Of a stretch of DNA of 64,000 bases, positions 11,603 through 23,299 are shown piece after piece; positions within the stretch are counted from its first letter, which is position 1, and every line of letters begins with the position of its first letter. This DNA comes from Camelus dromedarius (Eukaryota), in the NCBI RefSeq assembly GCF_036321535.1, contig NC_087445.1, forward strand, positions 78,058,001-78,122,000. The letters run 5' to 3'. Made by a program: the position numbers and the translations under genes. The notes under the pieces are model-generated. The model did not search any database and was not told the DNA's origin. It saw only the letters and a list, made by a program, of their open reading frames with translations.

Positions 11603-13282
11603 ACGCCATACACAACGGGGCCAGGGACCGTCACCGCCTTAAACGCTCCCACCACTAGAAATGGAAGAATGAACATAAATGCCTTAAATTCCCCACTCAA
11701 GCAGCCAGACAGGGAGCAACGAAGTAAAGCACAGGAAATCAGGAGGGAGGCCGTAAAAGTGGGAAGTAACAGAGAACGGAGGACAGCAGGCGTCATCAGC
11801 GAACCAAGGGCCTCGCCCGTGGGAAAACTGACGGAATTTTTCTGTTAATTTACAGAATTACTAACAGAACCGTTACTGTTATTTTAAAGAATAAAAGAAT
11901 TTACTAACAAATAAGGAAACACTGAGGAGACCACAGATCCGTGAAGTAAGAAATGACAAAAGGGAGGGAAATGATCTCTGGGACAGAAGGAAAAAAAAGT
12001 TTCATCAACAGAAGGTACCTGGCTGACCTCTGAGCAGATAACTTTGAAGTCCTGGATGAACTGGGTAATTTTACAGGGAAATTCAGTTTGCCAGAATTTA
12101 CCCTATTAGACCGATAGGTAGGAAGGGGGAGAGAGAGAGTGGATGCACAAATAAGTAGTTGGGTGAATTGGTTATCTGGAGTCAGGGCCTAAAAGAGGAG
12201 CCACGCTTAGGCGAGGTCAGGAGGCCAGGTCTGGGCCGGGGACGCTGGCGCCCGCGGACGAGGAAGGACATCTGTGCGCAGAGGAGACGCGGCAGGGGGG
12301 CCACCATCCACAAGCTGGGAGGAGAAACCCTGCCGGAAACCCTGACCTGAAGCCTCCAGAAACATGGCAACATTAACTGGCTTGGGTTTATTTTGCAGGC
12401 TGTGTTGCAGCGCCCTGAGCAGGATTCCCAGGGCCTTCCCTCGGGAAGCCCAGCTGAGGGAGGTGGCCTTGGCAGGACGGACCTGGGGGAAGTTCCAGGT
12501 GTCCCCCAAACACCTCTGATGTGTCAGAAGGCACCCTCCAAACATCTCTTCTGTGGGTCTTTGGGGACTCGGTTCAGGATTTGCTCAGGCGAGTCCTGGG
12601 CAGGCGCTCCCCTCGGGGCCGGTCCTTCCTCCTGCAGGCCTTTCTGACGGCTGGCAGGGTGCCTGAGGGTCCCAGTCCCCCAGCTTGCACACGGGTAGGG
12701 GGCTGTGCTCAGAACCTCGGTGCTGACCCCCCAGGTTGTCTGCCCTGACCCAGACACCCTTTCTGCCCTCCAGTCCCAGCCGATGGAAGAAAACGGAGTG
12801 AGCACACAGCCACAGTGCAGGTCGGGGGTGAGAGAGTGCAGGGTGGGCCTGGACGCTCTGTAGGGCTGGGCTGACCAGCAGGGGGCGGGAGGGGCGGCCA
12901 CGGCCCAGGGCCTTGGGCCCAGTGCCCGTGGGTTTGAGTTTGGGGCAACAGGAAGCCACGGGAGAAGGTAGACAGGCGCCAATGTGGCCACTTTCACTGG
13001 CAGGACCTCTGCTCAAGGCACCCTGGCCTGGGGCTGCCTGGAAAGAGACTAGGGTGAGGATGATGGTGGGGTCCCCGCGTGGGGCAGCCTGGCCCACAGG
13101 CTTTCAGAAGGGCAGGGCCAGGTGGAAAGGGAAGGGAGCCAGCCTGGATTGGGACCCACACCACCCAAGAGTCAGGTTTGGTGCCATTTCTAGGGCGGTC
13201 ACAGAAAACACGCCCCAACCACCCCCACCCGGCACTCTTTGCGCCCCAGGAAAGACGCGGGGCCATGGGGTCGGCAGTCGGC

Positions 13283-13288
13283 TTTATT
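13283..13288 (-). terminator. LCN8 polyadenylation signal AATAAA
   Basis: tttatt on the + strand, about 90 nt past the LCN8 stop codon. Confidence 0.85.
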
Positions 13289-13379
13289 CGGAGCAGGTGC
13301 AGGCAGCCCCCCAGGGCAGGGTGGCCAGGGGAGGCTGGGTGGGCGGGGCTCCGAGCATCCTGGCTGGGGCGGGGCTTCT

Positions 13380-16353
13380 CTAGATCAGCTCCTGGATACA
13401 GAAGGGCGGGGCCTCAGGGCACTACCTGGCCCCCAAGCCCCCCACCACCGAGAGGCAGCGGTTGGGGCCACAGCCAGGAGTGGGTGTCCCGGCTGCACGG
13501 CCTGGGCCTGTCTCTCTACCTGCAAAGCAGGATAACAGCCCCAACCCCTCGGGACCATTGAGACAGAGGGGGCCCTCCAGCTGGTGGGCTAGGCTAGCAC
13601 AGTGAGGGGCCCGGGGAGCCCGAGACGGGGCCCACAGTGCCCTGCTGGACAGAAGCGGAGGACAAGGGCCAGCCTCCTCCCTCCCCGCCCAGCCCTGCCC
13701 TCACGCCCCAGCTGCCAGTGTCCCCTCCTGGCCGCCTGTCACCAGCCTGGAGGCCCAGGATCTAGAGCGAGCCAGGGCCCCCATCAGGCGGGGACTCAGG
13801 CCGAGGGCTCAGCACAGACCTGGGCGCAGGCTCACCTCCTTCAGGAGCTTGGCACACCTCCCTGTGGGACAGGACAGCGTGAGGGGCTGTGGGGTGGGTG
13901 CCCGGGCCCCACCAGTGGGGTCCCTAGCCCAGTGCCCACCCCAAAGGCCCGGGACTTACCGTACCGGGCCACCAGGTACAGCCCCGTGTCTGCTGTCAGC
14001 TCCCGGAACCTCCAGAAGCCTGGCTCATACTCGCCCTCAAGGCTCCGAGCTGGTGGGGGGCACAGGGGCCTGAGCCAGGTGGTCCCCAGGAGGGCAGCAG
14101 CAGCCCAGCCCCCCACCCCAGGGGGAACTTACTGAAATACTTCAGCACGTGGAATTCTTTGCCCTGCCAGTGAAGGGACACCCTCAGGATGGCGTACTGC
14201 TCGTAGTCTGTGTCTATGACGTGGATCTCCCTGTGGCCTGGGGGAGGAAGCAGGAGGGACAGACATGGGCAGACAGGCCCCTTCTCGGGCTTGGCAGACC
14301 TCGGCGGCCAGGGTCTGCAGGGCCTGACCCCACGCTCTCGCCACCCCGTGCCCAGCCCCTCCTGTGATGCCAGGGTGGAGAAAGGAGGACTAGAGCGGCC
14401 CCAGAAGGCTGCCCCGGGGGCTGGGGGAGATGGGTGTCTGGGGCACGAGGAGGCGCGCAGGGGGCAGCGCAGGGAGCGGCGAGGCCGTGTGCAGGGCCAG
14501 AGGGTGGTAACCACAACCAGGAAACGGCTCTTACCAGGGAAAACAAATTTCCCCGAAACGTCTATTTCTGAGCTCACTATTTCTTCAGTCTCACAGCTTC
14601 CTGAGCTGGAAGGCAGTAGAAGGGCTCATTATGAAAACGCCAGCCTGCGTTCCTTCTGCCGGGCGCACTCCCGGCGGTGGCGGGAGGGGGACCGTGTCTT
14701 CGGGAAGGGCTCTGGCAGCGTGTCTGTCCCCAGGAGAGCCTGGAGCAGGATGAGGAGGGCAAAGGTACAGGCTGGGACCACGCTAGCCTCTCACCCAAGG
14801 GCTCCGTGACCTCCAGAGAACCAGCTACCACTAAGTCCACTTTCCTTTCTTGTAAACTGACGGGGTTTCATCAAGACTGTCCTTTCTTTTGGAGAAGATG
14901 GAGGTGGAGGAGCAGATCTACAGCTGGCAGCTCTGGGAGCCTGGGGGTCTGGAGCACCAAGTGACAACAATGACCACATTCACGGCTGCTCCGGGAACCG
15001 GCCACACGTGCCTGCCCCCACCACTCCACCCCCACGGAGCCCCCAGGAGCCTCCGGCTGCTTACCTGTTATATGCGACCTTTACAGTCAGCTCCTCCCCA
15101 CTCAAGGTCAGGAACAAGGCCTCCAGCCTCTTAGGGGTCTTCAGTGCCAGGTTTTGGCTGGAGGCCACACCGACTTCCCTCCAGAATCCTGCAATCTAAA
15201 GAAAGAAGCCGGAGCCAAGCCCGTCTCGGGCAGCCAGACAGAGACCCCATCCCTGGGCCTCAAAGAGGCAGACCCTCCCCTGGCCCTGGACCCCCCAGGC
15301 CGGGAGCTGGCAGGCTCTGAAAGGTCAGCGGACGGCCGCAAGGCTCGGTAGCAAACAGCACGTTGTCGGCCTTCGGAGGGGCCCCTTCCGGCCGTCAGAC
15401 AGCCGGGCCGACAGGGCGCGCCCCTCCCTGAGCAGCCCTGTCTGCAGCTGCCACGGGGCCGGCCCCAGTCCCCAAGCAGACCCAGTCCCTGCTGCTGCCG
15501 GGCCTTGGGGACAGGACTGCAGCGGCAGTGGTGGTGGGAGCCTGAGAGAGGGCAGCAGGAGAGGGCCAGCCGAACGCGAAACGCGCCTGGGAGCAGCGGC
15601 CAGCAGCCCCGCCCCCAGGGAGGAGGCCCCGCTCTGCCCGGTCACGTGCGGATGGGGCTCCTGCCTCCAAAAACTGACCCCCCACAGAGCCCAGCACGTC
15701 CATCCAAATTTTTTGGAAACTGATCATTTTTGCAAAAGAAATGAACCTGTGTCCCAACACCCGTCGCCTCTGAGGCTGCCGACGTGTCCGGGCCCCGTAG
15801 CCGGCAGGCCCGGCAAAGAAGCAACTGGGTGGAAACCAAAGCCCCCAGCCAAGGGCTCCACACCTGGAAAGCCTCCAGTTCCCACGGCGTGCGGGGTCGG
15901 AGGGCTCAGGAGGCTCCCACCCGCCCAGGAGCAGGAGGTGGCCGTGCTGAGCCCCACGCCCTGGAGACCCTGCAGGGCCTGCTGGCCTGGCCGAGGATGT
16001 AAGCCTGCCCCCAGGAGGCCCTGAAGAGGGTGCTGCCCCTGCCCGTCCGTGGGCACTCGCCTCACACCCACTCACCAGGAGAGGAGACCCCCGGCAGGGC
16101 TGAACTCAGAGCCTCAGCCACCTGCCCTTGCAGGGCCGCCCTGGGTGGGGCCTGGGGCCCCAGCGTAGCTACCCCGGCATCCCTGGGAGTGGAGGGACAG
16201 GGCACCAGAGCAGCTGGACGCTTGGGCCCCTCCCTGCCCATCCTCCCCAAGCCAAGAAAGACAAGCCACCTTCTGCAGGTCCAGGTCCTGCGTGGTCATC
16301 TCCACCTGCACCAGGGTGATGGCCAGGATGGCGCTCAGCAGCCCGGCCTCCAT
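13380..16353 (-). CDS. LCN8: Epididymal lipocalin-8, 172 aa
   Basis: Exons 16353-16270 (MEAGLLSAILAITLVQVEMTTQDLDLQK), 15195-15065 (IAGFWREVGVASSQNLALKTPKRLEALFLTLSGEELTVKVAYN), 14605-14535 (SGSCETEEIVSSEIDVSGKFVFP), 14237-14133 (HREIHVIDTDYEQYAILRVSL...), 14049-13960 (RSLEGEYEPGFWRFRELTADTGLYLVARY), 13861-13836 (GRCAKLLKE) and 13391-13380 (ELI*). All are GT/AG and in frame. Confidence 0.96.
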
Positions 16354-16399
16354 GGAGGGTCTGTGCTCCAGGCTCCTGTGCCCTCCCAGGTCTCTGGGG

Positions 16400-16434
16400 T
16401 TATACTGAGAGGGAGAGTTGGCGTGTTGCACAAT
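16400..16434 (-). promoter_or_regulatory. LCN8 proximal promoter: TATAA box and C/EBP site
   Basis: ttata at 16400-16404 reads TATAA on the minus strand, about 47 nt from the ATG. TTGCACAAT at 16426-16434 fits the C/EBP consensus. Confidence 0.7.
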
Positions 16435-17437
16435 GCCCTGAGAGTGTCCTCAGCAAACTTGGCCTCCGACCACACAGGGGGCGAGCATCCTGGCCCCGGA
16501 TACCCACAGCCTCGGAGTGGGGGGTGCGGTCTGGACCAGAGCAGCCGGCATCACCACCTTCCTGGCCTGGAGACATTGGTGGACAGTGCAGCCTAAGAGC
16601 AGGACCAGGCCGCCCACACCCACACGGCAGCACAGGACCACATCTCCAACCCGAGGAGGGGCTGCAGAACTTGGGTGAGAAGGATGTTCCTTGCAGAGGG
16701 AGCAGCGTGTGAAAGGCACAGCGGCCTGGTGGGAGCGCAGGGCCCACAGGAGGCAGCGGTGGGGTCGAGCCAGTCCTCTGCAGGCACCAGGGGACTGCCA
16801 GCTGTTCCGTCTCCTTCCTGCACCTGCGTCCTCTCCCACTGTGATGGTAGCCACCCTCCCCGTGCCAAGCCCCACAGTGCACAGTGAGATGAGGCCCACA
16901 GCCCAGAAGGCCCTGCCTTGCTCGCGCTCCAGGGGCGGGGGGCCACCAGCATCCCCTCTTCCCATCCGGGCTCCGGACCCCCACCCCTACCGAGCTTTTG
17001 ATCCCAGACTCAGAACCAGAGGATGAGCAGGTCAAGGTGAAGCTGGAGTCAGTTTTCCTGGGCACAAGCCCCGGCGCTTCTACAGCGTAGCCCAGGCGAG
17101 CTGCCCTGCCTCAGCTTCCCTGTCGCTAACGGTCATGAGGCAGACTGGCAGGTGCCAGGTGGCCAAGAGGGGCCCAAGGCAACTCCTACCCAGATCAGCA
17201 TCCCTGGTCCTTGGCCGGCAGGGGGAAGCCTTCCACCTTCAAGGCCAGAAAAGCCCACCCTGCGATGGCTCCATGCTTGGTCAGCTAAAGGGGACCGGCC
17301 ACCTTGATCTGGATGTAAGACTGCCTTCCAACAAAGGCCATCAGGTTGGGGTCAAGCGAGGATAGGGCAGCCCAGAGACCAAGGGGACCATTCAAAGGGC
17401 AGGAGCAGTAGGGAGCCCCAGGGAGGCTGAGCACTGG

Positions 17438-17607
17438 CTGACCCCAGCCCCAGTCTGACCCCAGCCCCAGTCTGACCCCAGCCCCTGTCTGACCCCAGCC
17501 CCCGTAAGACCCCAGCCCCCATCTGACCCCAGCCCCAGTCTGACCCCAGCCCCTGTCTGACCCCAGCCCCCATCTGACCCTGGAACCAGTCTGACCCCAG
17601 CCCTGGG
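17438..17607. repeat. 17-bp minisatellite (ctgaccccagccccagt)n, about 10 copies
   Basis: Units counted directly from 17438. Variation is concentrated in the last three bases of each unit. Confidence 0.95.
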
Positions 17608-18070
17608 CTGATGGGCCAGGGCTCCCCAGGGACAGGAGAGGGAGGGCAGGAAGTGTGGGGGGACACCCCGTGTCTGGGGTGACCAGGGCCAGGATGAGGA
17701 CACACGAACTCAGGGCTAGTGGCTCCTGGCTCCGGCCCTGCCAGGGCTGCAGGACATCCATGAGTGATGAAGCAGGACCTCCAGCACCTTCCTGCCCCGC
17801 CCCACCCCACGCTTGGCCCTTTGAAGTATGTATGCTGGACAGAACCTGGATGCTCAGAGGTCTACCAGGCGTGGCGCCAGGGACCAGAGGAGCCACCAGA
17901 GCAGTGGGCCCCAGGGGAGGGCTCTTCCGGCCCACACCTCATCAAGGGTCCGCACAGAGCCCAGACCCTGGAGTCTGACTCCCAGGCCTGAACCCCAGCC
18001 CAGCCCCTCACTGGGCAAGTTCAAGGTCAAGGCGACACTGGTAGTAACAGGGAAACCTCAAGAAGCCCTA

Positions 18071-18186
18071 CCCAGCAGGGCCCCTGCCGCTCTGCCTCCG
18101 GCCCCCATGGCCGGGCTCTGTGCACCCAGCAGCCCCCCTGCCGCTCTGCCTCCGGCCCCCATGGCCAGGCTCTGTGCACCCAGCAG
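18071..18186. repeat. 54-bp tandem duplication (3 mismatches)
   Basis: Copies at 18071-18124 and 18125-18178, followed by cccagcag. Confidence 0.95.
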
Positions 18187-18469
18187 AGCACCAGCAGGGG
18201 GCAGGTCTCCACGGGGCACCTCGGTATCCTCACAGGTGCTGTGAACCCCTGGGGGCGGGGCTGATGGGCACCCGACAGTCTGTGGGTACAGCCCTCACAG
18301 ACGGCACACTTGGTGGAGGCCTCCTGCCCCCCGAGAAGCCAGAGTCCTGTCCTCAGCTCCTGAGCCTCTCACCTCAGTGTCTCCCCAGGAGCCCGGGTCA
18401 AGGCGGGGCCCACTGTGCCCCCCGAGGGCCACTCCAAAGAGGCGGGGAGTCTCGAAACTGCAGATTCTG

Positions 18470-18603
18470 TTTATTGGGTAGAAGGGGGAGCCCTAAGGAG
18501 ATGTCCCATGGAGAATGGGGGTCGGGGAGGTACAGGGCCAGGAGGGTCGTGAGTCTGGACAACTCGGGAGTTGGGGCGCCAAGGCCTGCTGCTCCAGCTC
18601 AAC
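18470..18603 (-). other. Probable non-coding last exon (exon 7) of LCN15 with AATAAA
   Basis: Acceptor ctgtctgtgcAG at 18606-18604 and AATAAA at 18475-18470. The matching donor GTGAGG follows position 20071. Confidence 0.6.
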
Positions 18604-19477
18604 CTGCACAGACAGGAAAGGTGTGTTCACTTCTCAGACACACTTGCTGCAGCAGGGTGTCCCACCCCACTTACTCATCGCCCAGAAGGCCAGTCCCAGC
18701 ACCAGCGCTGCCCCTTCCCTGGGGTCCTGGGACCCCAAACACACTTCCCAGGGCCTCGTTCACCCCCAGCTGGTGGTGAGGGGGCTGGCGTGGAGGGAAA
18801 GCCCCAGCAGAGCCACTAAACCACGACAAAACCCACAGACTCAGCACCTGACGGGGGGCACCTGTCTCCCAAAGTTGCTTTTTCTTTTTTAAGCTAAGCC
18901 TGAGGGGTGGGGCCCAGAGCAGGAAGACAGGGCTCCCACTCTCCACAGTTAGAACCTTCCTGGGGACGACGGGACACGATCCCCGAGCCCCTCCCCTCCC
19001 ACCCGTGAGGTCTCTAAAACAAGCACACAATCGGCAGGAGACAGTGCCGGGGTCCGGGCACCATCGCGGACGCCCATGAGGAGCTGCGGCAGCCCCCGGG
19101 TCCCAGCACAGCGCGGGGCACACCCAGGCCAGCCAGGGAAGGCTGAGGGACGCCGCCTGCCGGCCACGCGGGAAGCCCCACGGAGCAAACACCCAACCAG
19201 ACACACGTGACCATCACATGGTGTCTGTTATTTATCCTTTTATGTAGGTTCCCAAGTTCTTCACGATGAACTTGGGTGATGGTTTTCTGGTGTCTACTTT
19301 GGGTAAATGTGTCCCACCCAAGAGCCCACCTGCATCCGTGTCCCAAGGGCTCCCGGGGACCCAGCCCTGTGACAGCAGCAAACAAGAAGAAGGCGGTTCC
19401 CACCTCATGGGACCCTGAGGGAGAGGATGAGCACCCAGGGATCCCCAGGCCAGGCCTCGTGCCCAGGGACACAGAAT

Positions 19478-19870
19478 GTACAGGATTGGATGTGTCCCCA
19501 AAATTCAAGTCCACTTGGAACTCTGAATATGACCTTATTTGGAAACAGGGGTTTTTGCAAAGATGTAATTAGTTAAGGATCTCGAGATGAGGTACCCCTG
19601 GATTTAGGGTGGGCCCCACACCCAATGACTGGTGTCCTTATAAGAGGGAAACCCGGCTGTGTGGCAGTGGAGGTGGAGATGGGGGGCGCCCACAGGCCTA
19701 GGATCACCAGCACCAGAAGCTGGAGGAGGCATGGATGCTCCCCTGCGGACTCCAGAAGGAACCAGGCTGCCCACCCTTGACTTTGGACCTCTGGCCTCCA
19801 GACTGTGAGAGTAAACTTCTGCTGTGTTAAGACCCCAGTTTGTGGTCATTTGTTATGCAGCCTTAGGTAA
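19478..19870 (+). mobile_element. MLT1 LTR, near full length
   Basis: Contains 'gatgtgtccccaaaattcaagtcc', 'aatatgaccttatttggaaacaggg', 'cccaatgactggtgtccttataagagg' and 'cttctgctgtgttaagaccccagtttgtggtcatttgttatgcagcc'. Confidence 0.85.
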
Positions 19871-20102
19871 TCAGGAGAGGCTCCCTGGAAGAGGTGATGT
19901 GCGAGGTGAGGCCTGAAGCACAAAAGTGAGTGTCCAAGCAGAACCATGGATGCTAGGGGGTGGGGATCTGCACCTGCAGACCTCGGGAGGTGAGAGGGCA
20001 GGGGACGTGGTGAGAAGCAGGCCAAGAGGCGCCCTTGAGAACCAGAGGGAGGAATGACCCTGTCCCTCACCTGGGAAGAGCCAAGGTGGGTCTCCAGCAA
20101 TG

Positions 20103-22402
20103 TCATGGTGCATCCTTGCCCCCGGGGGAGCACGCATCTGTAGAAAGATAGGTGGTCCGTGAGAGGCTGAGCTTGCTGGGACTGCCCACCGCTTCCTACC
20201 ATCCCCAGCCCCCCAGAGGGTGGGGCTGAAAAATTCTCCCGCCCTGGCTGCCCAAAACCTGTCCCTTTTGTGTGATGAGGGGAAGAGAGGGGTGTGAAGA
20301 AAAGTAGCTGGGGGGACCGCCAACCCACCCTCAGAAGAGAAAACCATCTGGTGCCTCCCCTTCCCAGAACTAGGGGGGGGAGCTGAGGCGGGGCTTGGCA
20401 GAGGGCGGGGGAGGTGGGCGTGGCTTTGGACAGAGGGCGGGGTGGTGGGCGGGGTGTGGCAGAGGGGTGTGGCTGGATGGGCGGGCCTTGACTGAGGTGT
20501 GGGTGGGTGGGCGGGGCTTGGCAGGGTACCTGACTTGGGCAGCGTGACCCTCATGGCATCGGGGAGCCCCACGGTCAGGTAGAAGTCCTGGAAGGCCTTC
20601 ATGGCCTGGGGACTCGCTTCCTGGGTCCGGCCTGGGGCGGTGCAGGGGCCCCTGTGAATCCCCGTGGCTCACAGAGGTGAGAGAGAAAAGGGGCTGGGGG
20701 TCTCCCGGCCTCACTACACTTTCTTAAAGGCTGACAACAGGTCTGCCACCCTCAGTTGGGCAGGTTGAGGACTGCATGAAAGTGTCCGCCGGGCTGAGGC
20801 ACCAGTGGGGGCTGGAAGCTGCCCAGTGGGGCCAATTTTGTAATTCATGCAAGGGCATCTGGGAGGTTGGGGTGGCCCAGATGGCCTCTGGGACCATGTT
20901 TCCCGGGGCCCCACCCCCTTCAGGCATCATTACCTGCAGCTCCTAAAGCCAGCCTCCAGCTTTCAACCCAGCCTCTCCCCTTGGGGACCACTTTCCAGCT
21001 CACCTGGCCAAGACCCCCAGAAATTAAAGCAAAACAGGACCTCAGCCCCAGCTCAGGGTGTCAGACAGTAAGTCGGGCAGGGGAGGGTGGGTTCCCAGCC
21101 AGAGAGGGGTATGAGCTTTGGCCTGAGTGCCCAGCCTTCAGAGGCACCTCCCGTCAACCCCTACCCACCCAAAGCACTTTGGGGTCCCGCCACCCTGTCC
21201 CAGACCTGGTCTCTGCGGGGCCCAGACTTGGGAGTGTGTGATGAGGCGGGGCAGGGGAGGAGGTGGGGGCAGGTCCTGAAGGTGAGGCCCTGGTAGGGGG
21301 TGATGGGGGCTCCATGGGGATGGTGGGCAGCTGGGGATCCTCACTGTAGAGCTGCACCATGGTGCTGAAGGCCCCCTCCAGCTCCTTGTAGATGTAGACC
21401 ACAGCGAAGGAGCTGTAGTCCATCTCCACGATGCGCACATCCAGGTAGCCCAAAGCTGCAGAGGAGGTGCTGGTCATGGAGAAGGGCAAGGGGCCAACCC
21501 TGACCCACACCAGCCTCTGCTTCAGGGAGGGAATGAGGAAGGGGAGGGGCAGGAGATGGAGGGGTTTTGTGGGAGGGTCCCGGGCAAAAGGACAGTCCTG
21601 TGTCGCCCCCAGGAGAAGGGGATGCAGGGAACATACCCGGGACTCGGAAGTGCCCTTGGGAGCCTGTCCTCAGGTACTCAGCATCCACCTGGTTACAGCC
21701 ATCAGCCCTGGGGGCGCACAGCCCATGCTCACTCTCGGCCCCGCCCACCCCACCCACCCTGGCTGCGGCCGCACCCAGAGGGCTCACCCGGGGAACTCCA
21801 TGTGGACGCTGAGGTTGCCCTCCTCTGTGGCGTTGATCTCCCTGGTGGACATCAGCAGGTGGTCCTTCTTGCCCCAGAAGACCTTGCAGTCAGAGACCAT
21901 GGAGACCACATACCAGAGGCCTGAGAACTGCAGGACAGCTCGGTGACAGGCAGGCTGGACCCTCCTGGCCCCGGGACCCTGGGGCACAATGCCAGGCGGC
22001 CGGGGGTCTCCAGAGTGTCCATCTCTTGGGTCTGAGCCCCTGTTCTGCCACTCGCCTGGGACAGGTCCCATGGCCATTGTGAGCTTCAGTTGTGCCAACT
22101 GGGAAGTGGGTCAGTAATCACAGACCAGGTTATTTCAGGATTAAGTGGAGAGGGAATCTAAAGGGCTTCCTGGCCCCAGGCACAGAGCAAGTGCTCCGAG
22201 GAGGCAGCAGCTACTATCGCCATGTGGTCACTGTTGTCTCCAGCAGAGACTTAGCCCACACCCCACCCACGGCACAGCACGGGGCCTCCAGTACCTTTTT
22301 GGCATCAAAATCTGGCTGCAGCAGGACCTCGGCCTGAGCAGCAGACACCTGGAGCAGCGCCAGGACACAGCTCAGCAGAGCAGCCCTCATCCACATGCCC
22401 AT
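20103..22402 (-). CDS. LCN15: Lipocalin-15 (188 aa from the first ATG, 184 aa from ATG 22390)
   Basis: Exons 22402-22295 (MGMWMRAALLSCVLALLQVSAAQAEVLLQPDFDAKK), 21927-21788 (FSGLWYVVSMVSDCKVFWGKKDHL...), 21707-21637 (ADGCNQVDAEYLRTGSQGHFRVP), 21455-21345 (LGYLDVRIVEMDYSSFAVVYIYKELEG...), 20631-20530 (RTQEASPQAMKAFQDFY...) and 20137-20103 (DACSPGGKDAP*). Confidence 0.95.
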
Positions 22403-22448
22403 CCTCTGGCCCATGGTCCCGAGTCCACGCGAACCCCGCCGACCTGGC

Positions 22449-22454
22449 TTTATA
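22449..22454 (-). promoter_or_regulatory. LCN15 TATA box (TATAAA)
   Basis: tttata on the + strand, 47 nt upstream of ATG 22402. Confidence 0.85.
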
Positions 22455-23299
22455 GCACCGCCCTCCAGCTGGGCTCAGCCACGAGCAGGCTGGGGCGCGG
22501 AAGGCACCTTGGCTCCACCAACCCCAGCGCCTCTTTGTCCATTGTTTGGCACAATCGCTCAAGTGTCTCCACAGGCCCCAGGGGTCACTTCCTGGAGGGC
22601 TCTCACCTGACTCACACTGTGCGCACCTCCGTCCACCTGCAGCCTGGCTGAGGCGGGGCCCCGGGGCCCTCGGGGTGCTGCTGGGAAGCAGTCCCCCAGA
22701 GCCCCGCCCCTCACCTCCCTACACAGGAGTGGACCCACCATTGGCCAGGCCTCTGGACCTTGTCTCAGGGCAGAGCCTGGGCCAATTCAGTTGTGACAGA
22801 GGTGATGTCAGAGACCTGGGCATCCTACACTGCAGACCCCCGGCTGGGCCTCCCACAAGCCCACATGGAGGGTGGGGCCAGGCTGCCACTCAGGGCAGAT
22901 TATGGTCTCGTGGCCACCTTATCACTGGTTGCATAAGCGTGTGGGCCAGAGTGTTGCCAGGGAGGCGCCAAGGGCTGGTGGAGGCTCAGGCTGGCAAGAC
23001 CTCTCCAGGTGACCTCTCCTGTCCACTCCAACAGGGCACCACAGGGACACTATCTGTGGAGCAGTGTGTGACCTCGGGGCACACTCCAGGCAGAGGTGGG
23101 GGTCCCCAGCCCCAAGGCCAGCTCTGGGCTCTGGTGTGGAAGTGGGCACAGGGTCAGAGGAAGACTCCAACCCCAGAGGGCGGGGCAGAGCTGAGGGCGC
23201 CCGCCTGCCGCCTCCACTCGGTCTTGGGAGGCGCCAGCTCTCAACCAGGTCCCCGAGTCATTGGATAGAATGCCACGAAAGCCTTTTGATGAGAACATT

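Larger units (their letters stand above)
10330..12130 (+). mobile_element. Degenerate L1 remnants interrupted by younger insertions
   Basis: A-rich, with ORF2-like motifs ('aaaatgatcaggtttccagacgctcactg', 'cctggatgaactgggtaattttacagggaaattcagtttgccagaattt'). Limits are uncertain. Confidence 0.5.

Noticed and set aside
10263-12150. 13-bp direct repeat AGTGGATGCACAA at 10263 and 12138, a possible TSD of a 1.9-kb insertion
   Set aside because: There is no poly(A) or poly(T) next to either copy, and a 13-mer match at this distance is expected by chance somewhere in 64 kb.
12585-13097. Minus-strand ORFs with a hydrophobic patch and 'EVLST', a possible LCN5 relic
   Set aside because: No GxW or TDY motif and no consistent lipocalin exon sizes or splice phases.
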